Shown here: positions 18,293 to 26,078 of the stretch, piece by piece
Layout of the letters: every line of letters starts with the position of its first letter
Position numbering within the stretch: position 1 is the first letter of the stretch
Virus record (IMG/VR): IMGVR_UViG_3300042934_000822
Span: 1 to 64,000 of that record
Strand: one strand, 5' to 3'
Origin: a virus
Length of the DNA stretch: 64,000 nucleotides
Program-made: the position numbers and the translations under genes
The notes under the pieces: generated by a model
The model's input: the letters and a program-made list of their open reading frames with translations, nothing else
What the model was told of the DNA's origin: nothing
Databases searched by the model: none

Positions 18293-19930
18293 TTAGGGTT
18301 TTTCGATGGTCTGCGAAACGTTGGTGATGCGGTTGGTGCCGTCGTAGCAGATCGAGTACGACACATCCATTTTCTCGAACGGCTGCGACGAGTTCGGCTC
18401 GATAACAGCGACGAAGCACGCCCCGCCCAGCTCCGCGCTTGCACGCAGCCAGCCGGCCGACTGCAGCGACTCGAAGAACTTCTTGATGAACTTGCTCATG
18501 CCTTCGATGGCTTCGGTCATCGGCTTCTGCAGCCAGCCCTGAGCCGCGGTCGTGACCACGTCGTCGACGTAGGTGGACATTTCAGCAACTGCGATCAGCT
18601 TGCTGGCGCCTTCGGTCTTCGCACCGGTGAGCGAGTCGATCCAGGCGTAAATGCCGCCGGTGCTGTAGTCACGGAAGATCACCGGGTTGATACGGGACTC
18701 TGCCAGCACTTCCAAGTCGATCTCTTCGTCCAGGTCGAACACCTGCGAAATGTTCGTGCGAGCGACTGCCCAGCCGTCGCCGGCAACTGGACGATTGCGA
18801 GGCGCAATGCCCTTGGCATTGGTCTGGGCGTTGCGGGCGCAGCGCAGGCCTGCCTGCATGCCCGAGGTACCGAAGATAGCCTTGCCCCCTACCACTGGGT
18901 TGTCGGCGCTCAAGGGCGCCCAGTACGCCTGGCTGTAGAGGCTATCGGTATCGCCGCCCACAGAGCCGTAGAACGCTGCAGCAGCCTCGGGCGACAGGTA
19001 ACCAGGAATATCCCACAGCACCTGACGGTTGATGGAGCTGCCCAGCTTCAGCAGACGCGAGATCAGGGCAACGTTCTCGGTACCGCCGCTGCAGAGATAG
19101 GAGTAGGTCTGCCGCGAACGCTTGAGGCGGTTGATGGCCTTGTCCATGTCACCGTTGGAGTAGACCTGCTCGCCTTCTTCGAAGTACTTGAGCAGCTTGC
19201 TCGAGAACAGGTCTTTGTTGTCCTTGCGGCCGTAGAACACACAGTCGGCGCCTACGCTCGCGTTTTCTGCGACCGACACGACCTCGAGCACGTCAGTGTT
19301 CTGGGCGATGACGTCGCCGATGTAGAAGCTTTTCTGGAATTCGTCCAGGGCAGTGACGTCCAGCGAGCCTTTGAAGGGCCCCAGGATCACGCGGTTGTCG
19401 ATCACGTCGCGCAGCTGCACAGTGACGATCTTGCTCGGCGCCTTGGAGCCATCAGCGCTGGTTGCGGCATCGGCGTGGATCTCGGCGATGACGCCGTCGC
19501 TGAAACACTCCAGGTGCTTGAGGGCGATCAGGTAGCCGCCGTTGAGGTCGGTATTCTGATCAGCGAGGGCCCAGACCTCGCCGGCGGCTTTGTCGTTGGC
19601 GGCGGTCGCCACCATCAGCTTGGTGACGGCGCCAGTACCGACCAGGCGGGACACTACGGCTTGAACAGTGCCGGCCTGCAGGGACTCGTAGATGTGCACG
19701 GCAGGTTCGGCCAGCTTGCTCACTGCGAGCGAAACGGCCTGGCCCAGCGTACGCTTGAAGCGACCCTGCCCAACGGCGAAGGCCTTGTCGATGCGCCCGC
19801 GCGGGAATCGACCGACCAGGGCGATGTTATGGGCGGCCGTGCTGGTGCTGGGCTGCTCGGATTTGTCGCGGATGGTGTTGGTCTGGACGCCAGAGCGCTT
19901 GCCGACCGAACGGGAAATTACTTGGCTCAC
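18293..19930 (-). CDS. Contractile tail sheath protein
   Basis: 545 aa; IALVGRFPRG, RINPV, C-terminal YSICYDGT; P1 gp22-like position. Confidence 0.8.
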   Translation of the reverse strand: MSQVISRSVGKRSGVQTNTIRDKSEQPSTSTAAHNIALVGRFPRGRIDKAFAVGQGRFKRTLGQAVSLAVSKLAEPAVHIYESLQAGTVQAVVSRLVGTGAVTKLMVATAANDKAAGEVWALADQNTDLNGGYLIALKHLECFSDGVIAEIHADAATSADGSKAPSKIVTVQLRDVIDNRVILGPFKGSLDVTALDEFQKSFYIGDVIAQNTDVLEVVSVAENASVGADCVFYGRKDNKDLFSSKLLKYFEEGEQVYSNGDMDKAINRLKRSRQTYSYLCSGGTENVALISRLLKLGSSINRQVLWDIPGYLSPEAAAAFYGSVGGDTDSLYSQAYWAPLSADNPVVGGKAIFGTSGMQAGLRCARNAQTNAKGIAPRNRPVAGDGWAVARTNISQVFDLDEEIDLEVLAESRINPVIFRDYSTGGIYAWIDSLTGAKTEGASKLIAVAEMSTYVDDVVTTAAQGWLQKPMTEAIEGMSKFIKKFFESLQSAGWLRASAELGGACFVAVIEPNSSQPFEKMDVSYSICYDGTNRITNVSQTIEKP

Positions 19931-20286
19931 TTGGCCTTCTCCTTGGTCGCCTTCGGAGCGGCGACGGGTGCTGGGGCCTGGACATTCGCCGTGCTTTCAA
20001 CCTCGGAAGCAGTGACGGTGGCGTAGTCTTCGGCTGTGTTGTTAGTACGGCTGGCGTACTCGCTGAGATCGGTGACCAGGCACCAGGCCTGCTGGAAGCT
20101 CTTGAGCTTCACGCTGTGTGTTTCCCCGGGCTGCAGCGCAGCATTGATCCCGCTCGAGGGGACTACTACCGGCAGAACGTTTTTGTGCTCCAGGTCCACA
20201 AGGAAGGGGAAGTCGCGGTTGGCGACCAGCTTTTCCACCAGCGGGCGCGGGTCATCGCCGGACGTGTGATCAATCTTGATTTGCAT
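19927..20286 (-). CDS. Hypothetical virion protein
   Basis: Between capsid and sheath genes. Confidence 0.6.
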   Translation of the reverse strand: MQIKIDHTSGDDPRPLVEKLVANRDFPFLVDLEHKNVLPVVVPSSGINAALQPGETHSVKLKSFQQAWCLVTDLSEYASRTNNTAEDYATVTASEVESTANVQAPAPVAAPKATKEKAK

Positions 20287-21097
20287 GGCCTACCTGTACA
20301 CCTCGAACGTTGTCCCACTGATCAAGCCGCGCGTGCCCGCGTAGCGTTTTCTCGAGCTTGAGGTACTGTTGCTCGGTCACCTCGATCTGAATCGAATCAC
20401 CCGCCTCGATCCTTTCGCCCCGCACCACGAAGCGACTTGCCGTGTGGTTGGTCAGGTCCAAAAGGGCTGGGAAGTCACGGATCTCGGGCATCGACCAGCC
20501 GCGTTCACTGCCCAAAATTACAGGGGCAGCAGCAGCCTCTACTGGCGAGGTTTGCGTGGTTTCCGGACTGGCACCGGCCCGGCTTGCAGTAGGGGCTTTC
20601 GCGCCTTTGCGCGTTGACGCCTTCGCGCTTTCGCCCGTTGGCGCCTTTACGTCTTTGGCGGAAACGGTGCCAGTTGCCGCAGTTACGCCTTCGGTGTCGC
20701 CGGCAGGCGCTGCAGCAGCCACATCATCGGGGCCGTGACTGCCATCACCGGCAGCAGAGCCAGGCCCACTGCCGTCGAGAGAGCTGCCAGCAGCAGCAGC
20801 AGCAGCATCAGCACCAACGCCATCCCGCTCAGGAACAGCGCCAGCACCAGCACCATTGCGGTCATCAGCGCCATTGGTATCAGAAGGGCCAGCAGCCTGG
20901 CTTTCAGCGTTCGTTTTTTCCGGTCCATGCTCGTCACCCGCGTCGGTGTCATCAGATTTATCGAGGACGCCAGTGGCCAGCTTGTCGCTGGCCTTCTCCT
21001 GGGCATTGGAAGATGACGCGTCGGCGCCATCTTTCCGTTGGCCAGCTGGCGCCGCCTTTCCAGCCTTGGCTTTCGCCGTGGTTGTCTTGGCAGCCAT
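20270..21097 (-). CDS. Hypothetical protein, low-complexity N-terminus
   Basis: Follows the capsid gene; contains an embedded 8-bp repeat array. Confidence 0.6.
   Translation of the reverse strand: MAAKTTTAKAKAGKAAPAGQRKDGADASSSNAQEKASDKLATGVLDKSDDTDAGDEHGPEKTNAESQAAGPSDTNGADDRNGAGAGAVPERDGVGADAAAAAAGSSLDGSGPGSAAGDGSHGPDDVAAAAPAGDTEGVTAATGTVSAKDVKAPTGESAKASTRKGAKAPTASRAGASPETTQTSPVEAAAAPVILGSERGWSMPEIRDFPALLDLTNHTASRFVVRGERIEAGDSIQIEVTEQQYLKLEKTLRGHARLDQWDNVRGVQVGHANQD
20592..20655. repeat. Eight phased 8-bp degenerate repeats inside a CDS
   Basis: ggggcttt cgcgcctt tgcgcgtt gacgcctt cgcgcttt cgcccgtt ggcgcctt tacgtctt. Confidence 0.7.
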
Positions 21098-21106
21098 GTC
21101 GCCCCC

Positions 21107-22789
21107 TTAATCCACGGCGACGACGTTGCGGATGGTGATCAGTGCACAGCCCATGGCCGATGCCGTGTGCGGGTTGACCTCGGTCAGGTCGCGCTTGAAC
21201 AGCGCGGCGCCACTCTTGAGGTCGGGATTTACCGCCAGCGGGATCAGGGTCAGCGGAACCGCGTCGGAGAGCACGATCGGGTTACGCGCCACCTGGGCGG
21301 AGCGACCAACACAGAGGATCTCGATCTCGGTTTCGGTTTCCTCGACGACGTACGGGGTGTAGTAGACGTCGTATTTGCCTTTGTACTTGCCTACGCGCCA
21401 GATGCCGGCCTTCGCGGATACACCCGACGGCACGAAGTCGGTGGAATCCATCGACAGGAACTGCGCCATGCCGATCGCGCCTACGTACCAGATGTTCAGA
21501 CCGAACTCCATGGTGTTGTTGGCAACTTCCTGGTCGACCGTAGCCGCGAACGAACCGAAGTCGCGCCATACGGCCGCCCGGGTTTTGCTGATCAGCTGCT
21601 TGCCGGCGTCGAAGTCATAAACCCGATGGGTGCGCTTGGCGATACGCTTGAGCTTGCGCAGCGATGCGACGTAGCGTTCGGTGGCCACCTGGTTACGCGC
21701 TGCCTGGACAGCGATGGTCAAGCCATCAGCACCCAGTTCCGCTCGGGTCTGGGAGTTGCTGTCAGGGGTTACCTGCATGAGCACGCGACTCGGCGCGCAG
21801 TACAGGCTGTAGCTCACGGATTTGGTGTTGATGTGCGGCGCCAAGTCTGGCTTGCGCTCGAAGTCGACGAAGGCTTGGACTTCTGGCCAGACGCCGGCCG
21901 GCAGGGCCGGATTGAAATTCACGGTACCCTCACCAGTATCAACGTTGACTTGGCCCGTGATGGAGTAACCCTCATCTTGAGTGCGGGTGTAGTGCCCCGA
22001 TAGTTGACTGACCGAGGAGCCAGTGACGACCTCCTGGCCGACTGGCATGCCATCGACGAAGACCCGAGTGCGACCTTGCAGGATCGGAACTTGAGCGCCA
22101 GCACCACCGATCTGCGCCGTCACCTTGAAGGTACCGGTCTTGCGATCTTCGGCCATGACCAGATCGAGCATACGCTCGGAGCGGGTGTACTCCAGGCCAC
22201 CACCAGTGCCATCCAGGATGCGGCCTTTGGTGTAGCCGCCGAAATCGGAGCCGGCAACCGCACTGATGATCGCCAGCTTCGATTCGTTGGAGTTCAGGTC
22301 CGAAGGCAGGTACGCGCCAAAAGGCATGGCCTCGGACAAGCCGCCGGTGATAGCTACCGCGATACGGTTGGCCTGATGGGACAACGGCGTGGACTGGTTG
22401 TTGGTGCTGATGCTGTCCAAGGTCATGCCGCCAGGCAGCACGTTGGTAGCCGTGCCGTCGGCGACATGCTCAGCCTGAGAAATCACTGCATCGATCAACG
22501 CCCCGTCAGGCATGTGGCCGTTGCGATGCTCATAGCGAGCGATGCCGTCCAGCAGGCTGTGCACGGCCCGCGCACGGTCTTTGTCGCCGTCGATCCGATC
22601 GAGCAGGCGAGCCATACGATCAGGCAGCAGCTTGTTGGCGTTGGCGACCGCTTCTTTGATGGTGCTGACAGCCGAACCGCTGATGCTGTCGAGCATGTTC
22701 CCGTCTTCACGCGCTGCGCCCACCAGGGAGTCGATCCGGGCCTCGGTTTCTTCGAGACCGCGGCCGGGCGCGTAAATATGTCGTGGCAT
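21107..22789 (-). CDS. Major capsid protein precursor (P1 gp23-like)
   Basis: 560 aa, own late promoter, inserted Ig-like segment (GQVNVDTGEG), C-terminal EVNPH. Confidence 0.8.
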   Translation of the reverse strand: MPRHIYAPGRGLEETEARIDSLVGAAREDGNMLDSISGSAVSTIKEAVANANKLLPDRMARLLDRIDGDKDRARAVHSLLDGIARYEHRNGHMPDGALIDAVISQAEHVADGTATNVLPGGMTLDSISTNNQSTPLSHQANRIAVAITGGLSEAMPFGAYLPSDLNSNESKLAIISAVAGSDFGGYTKGRILDGTGGGLEYTRSERMLDLVMAEDRKTGTFKVTAQIGGAGAQVPILQGRTRVFVDGMPVGQEVVTGSSVSQLSGHYTRTQDEGYSITGQVNVDTGEGTVNFNPALPAGVWPEVQAFVDFERKPDLAPHINTKSVSYSLYCAPSRVLMQVTPDSNSQTRAELGADGLTIAVQAARNQVATERYVASLRKLKRIAKRTHRVYDFDAGKQLISKTRAAVWRDFGSFAATVDQEVANNTMEFGLNIWYVGAIGMAQFLSMDSTDFVPSGVSAKAGIWRVGKYKGKYDVYYTPYVVEETETEIEILCVGRSAQVARNPIVLSDAVPLTLIPLAVNPDLKSGAALFKRDLTEVNPHTASAMGCALITIRNVVAVD

Positions 22790-22847
22790 TCGTATTACCT
22801 CGTTGCTGAATAAAGGCGCCGCCCGCAGTGGTGGCGTTTCAGCAACG

Positions 22848-22889
22848 ATGGTAAAGACCCGAAAAGCCCCGATTTTCGGGGGGTTTGCG
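22848..22889 (-). promoter_or_regulatory. Late promoter CGCAAA-N30-TACCAT (capsid operon)
   Basis: Conserved motif; hairpin in the spacer. Confidence 0.75.
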
Positions 22890-22898
22890 CCGATTTTG

Positions 22899-25800
22899 CT
22901 ATTTGCGTAGGACGATCAATCGCGCGTTGGCCGTGGTTTGCGCGAGCAGTGCGTTGTCGGTGAATGTACCGCCTTCCAGAGGTTCGACCTCGGCGCCGTG
23001 CTCCTCAAGCCATTCGCGGAAGGCGACTGCCTTCTGGTCCTTGCCGAAGAACACTCCTTCCCCTGCGATCGCCACCAACGTGCCGCCAGCTGCGAGCATG
23101 TCGAAGGCGTGCATGATGTGCGCGGCATCCCGCCGGTTGCTGAATGGCGGGTTCATCAGGATCGCCGGATATTTCTCGGTCGGGGTGAAGCCGTCGAAGT
23201 CGTGGTCGACCACCGAATAGCCCTTGGCCGTGAGAATGTCGCGCAGCTGGCTGGAGATTTCGATGACGTCGACCTGGCCACCTTCCGACTTGGCCGCATC
23301 GGCCAGGTTTCCATTGCCGGCGCTGGGCTCGAGTACCCGTGTGCCGCTGCGGATGCCCGCCAGGCGCGCCATACGCTGGGCAACGTGCGCCGGGGTTGGG
23401 AAGAAGTCGATGCCCACCTTCTGCCCTACGATTGCCCGCTCAGCCTTTTTCACCGGGTCTTCCTCTGCCTTCTCCACCAGGAGAGGTATGAGAGCCTGCA
23501 CTGCTGCCACCAGGCCGGCAGTGTCCGTGACGCCCATGCGCGCCAGCCGATCGGCACGCGCAATTGAGTCCATGGGGTCGGCAAGATCCCACCCTTCCTT
23601 CACGGTCTTGAGTTCGGCGTAGCCCTTGCGGGTCAGAGCGATGGTTGTGGAGTCCAGGTTGAAGCGTTCAGGCCCGTTGCCCAGCTTGGCCAAGGCGGCG
23701 ATCAAGCGGCTGTTACCCTTGGCGGCCTTCCTGGCAAGCGTGTCAGCGGCGCGGCTGTACCGGTTGCTCCACGACCAGGGCTGTGGGAAGGCCAAGAATC
23801 GGAGGTCGTTGTCTTCGAATGGCCGGCCGCGCCGCGCCGCGCGCCCCTGCCCTCCCAACTTCGCATCGGCATCCCACATGGCCAGGCGCATGAGTCGCTG
23901 CAGCTCCTCGAGCTGGGCGCGGCTCGACAGCTTCGCCAGTGGTCCAGCAGCACCGACCTCAATGGCATCGGCGACTCGGTTGAGGGTCTTGGCCACGGCC
24001 TTGCTGGTTTCGGCTTTCTCGATGGCGTACCCAGCTTCACGGGCCCGCTTGACGGTGTTGGTCTTCCGGCTGGCGCCCAGACTTGAGTCAGCATCACCGA
24101 TGGCCTTGTTGGCCACCTGGCGCAGTTTCTCCACCTGGTTGGCCAGCGCCTGCTGGGCACGCTCGGCCGCCAGGCGCTCTGCAGTGGCCTGGGCCTCTGC
24201 CTGTTGCTCAGCACTCATCACCACCGGTGCCGGCGCGGCCTGGATGTGCTCGGTGTCACCGCCCAGGTGCTTCTCCCGGATGAAGTAGCCGCCGTTCATC
24301 TTCCAGGTGTAGGGGTCGATGGCCTTCGCCTCGGCCAGAGACAGGTCAGTGCGAATGATGCCGCGCAGGATCTTGTCCCGTCTGGTCTTGTACTCGATGA
24401 TCTCCGGTGCAGGTGCAGGTGCAGGTGCAGGTGCAGGTGCCTCAGGCTGGTCCGTGTCCTGTACCAGGAACAAGTTGAGCACAAGCCGTTCGCCTGTGGA
24501 ATCAAGGGTGACAGCGTCTGCGTCCTGTTCTACACTGGAATGGAGCCAATGCCCTGAATAGTAATCAGGGGCACATTGGCTCACTGAGGCGATGACTCCA
24601 TCGGCCGGACGCCCTGAATAGTGATCAGGGGAACTTCCAGTCGAATCGAGCATCGCCTTTTCTTTTGGCGGATCGATCAGCAGGTCGTAATACAGCCGCC
24701 CTTTGTCGTCTTGCTCGATGACCACCCGCACAGCTATAGACTCCCCCGCCAGCATCACCGTGCTGGACAGGTAGAAATAGGCGACGACCGAGCCCTTTTT
24801 CTCTGTCTTGTGATTCTCGCTGCGCTCTGCAACCTGCGCTGTAGAGATGATCTGCGGGATAGCGTGGAGCAGTTTCAGCTTCTTCGGATTGCCGCTGAAC
24901 GCCAGGCTTTCCTTGATCCCGCGCTGGCGGATCTCAACCTTCTGGCCAAGCGCCGGGCAGTCGACCATCTGACCACGCAGACTTTCAAGGTGCGCTTTTA
25001 CCGCCGCTCGCAGCTCTTTCTTCCCCTCAGGGGTATCAGGAAACTCCCCCAGTTCGAGCCCAGACACTGAAACTGGCTCAGCACCAGGTGCACGCTGGCG
25101 CCGCACTCGTTCGGACAGGTTCTCTTCAGCGTACTGGCGCAGGAACTCCAGATACTGTTCCCGGTGGTTGGCGATCCGGCCCACGGCCGCTTCAAACTCG
25201 CCAGCTCGAATTCCTGCCCAGCCCAAAAAGGCGGCGTTGCCATCCTCGAAAGCAGGTAAAGCCTCCTGGGTGTCCAGAAACGCCTGATAGATAGGATTGG
25301 CAGACACGCCTGCACCTGTTGTGCGCTCGAACTCCTCACGCTGTTCAGCCTCGCGCACATTGCGAATGCGCTCCGTCTCCACCGCCTCGGCTGCGGCACG
25401 TTCTGCAGCCTGCAGACGCTCACGCTCAGGCGCTGCAGCTCGTTCGGCAGCATCTACCTCATTCTGGGCTTTGCGGTCAGCGATTTGCTGCTGCTCCACC
25501 TGGTACGCCTGCACGTCGGCCGCACTGGCTTCCTCGCCGAAGACGGTGCGGAATTTCTCCGGCCCCCACTCCTGGGCCAAGATTCCCTTGAGGTCAACAA
25601 GGTCCACCGCTACCCCGGAGGCACTGCCCTGATAGCTTACAGAGACCCCGCCGCCCATCAGCCCGTGCTCGTAGATCACGGCGCCGCTTGCCAGGGTCTG
25701 GGCCCGCGTCGGCATGAATTCGGCAAGCCGGGCATTAGCCTTGGAGAAGAGGACGCCCTCGGGCATCTGTGTGACCTTGAGCCTGTCAAAGTTGGCTGCC

Positions 25801-26078
25801 GCGTAGGCCGCCATTGCCGCCGGGTTGCTGCCACTGACCAGCACCGCGCCGTTTTTCTGCACCTGTGTGCCTGTGGCCATTACAGCGGAGTCGACGTGCG
25901 GCGGCACAGCGCTGGCGCCCAGCAGCTGGCGCAGCTGCAGCGCTCTGGCGCTTGCCCGAGCCTGTTCCAAGGGGGAAAGCGTCCCCGACTGCAGCTGCTC
26001 ACGCAGCCCCAGCAGTTCAGCGACCAGACGCATCTGCTCGATCGGCGCGAGGCTTGGGGGTTGGTTCGAATCAGTCAT
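22899..26078 (-). CDS. Large polyvalent protein: LPD3/PBECR-like domain plus C-terminal N6-adenine methyltransferase (DarB-like role)
   Basis: DFFPTP, VLEPSAGNG (motif I), MNPPF (motif IV); central KVEIRQRGIKES...LYYDL domain. Confidence 0.75.
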   Translation of the reverse strand: MTDSNQPPSLAPIEQMRLVAELLGLREQLQSGTLSPLEQARASARALQLRQLLGASAVPPHVDSAVMATGTQVQKNGAVLVSGSNPAAMAAYAAANFDRLKVTQMPEGVLFSKANARLAEFMPTRAQTLASGAVIYEHGLMGGGVSVSYQGSASGVAVDLVDLKGILAQEWGPEKFRTVFGEEASAADVQAYQVEQQQIADRKAQNEVDAAERAAAPERERLQAAERAAAEAVETERIRNVREAEQREEFERTTGAGVSANPIYQAFLDTQEALPAFEDGNAAFLGWAGIRAGEFEAAVGRIANHREQYLEFLRQYAEENLSERVRRQRAPGAEPVSVSGLELGEFPDTPEGKKELRAAVKAHLESLRGQMVDCPALGQKVEIRQRGIKESLAFSGNPKKLKLLHAIPQIISTAQVAERSENHKTEKKGSVVAYFYLSSTVMLAGESIAVRVVIEQDDKGRLYYDLLIDPPKEKAMLDSTGSSPDHYSGRPADGVIASVSQCAPDYYSGHWLHSSVEQDADAVTLDSTGERLVLNLFLVQDTDQPEAPAPAPAPAPAPEIIEYKTRRDKILRGIIRTDLSLAEAKAIDPYTWKMNGGYFIREKHLGGDTEHIQAAPAPVVMSAEQQAEAQATAERLAAERAQQALANQVEKLRQVANKAIGDADSSLGASRKTNTVKRAREAGYAIEKAETSKAVAKTLNRVADAIEVGAAGPLAKLSSRAQLEELQRLMRLAMWDADAKLGGQGRAARRGRPFEDNDLRFLAFPQPWSWSNRYSRAADTLARKAAKGNSRLIAALAKLGNGPERFNLDSTTIALTRKGYAELKTVKEGWDLADPMDSIARADRLARMGVTDTAGLVAAVQALIPLLVEKAEEDPVKKAERAIVGQKVGIDFFPTPAHVAQRMARLAGIRSGTRVLEPSAGNGNLADAAKSEGGQVDVIEISSQLRDILTAKGYSVVDHDFDGFTPTEKYPAILMNPPFSNRRDAAHIMHAFDMLAAGGTLVAIAGEGVFFGKDQKAVAFREWLEEHGAEVEPLEGGTFTDNALLAQTTANARLIVLRK
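24543..24631. repeat. Two tandem palindromic repeats GCCCTGA-ATAGT(A/G)A-TCAGGGG, 60 bp apart
   Basis: 24551-24571 and 24611-24631; the first stem extends to GAGCCAAT/ATTGGCTC. Confidence 0.75.

Noticed and set aside
17768-20026. Long + strand ORFs (also 2-907 and 50969-52936)
   Set aside because: They are antisense shadows of well-supported - strand genes in high-GC DNA and show no recognisable motifs.
24406-24440. GCAGGT hexamer microsatellite as a phase-variation tract
   Set aside because: It is an in-frame hexamer encoding a Pro-Ala linker, so slippage would not shift the frame.
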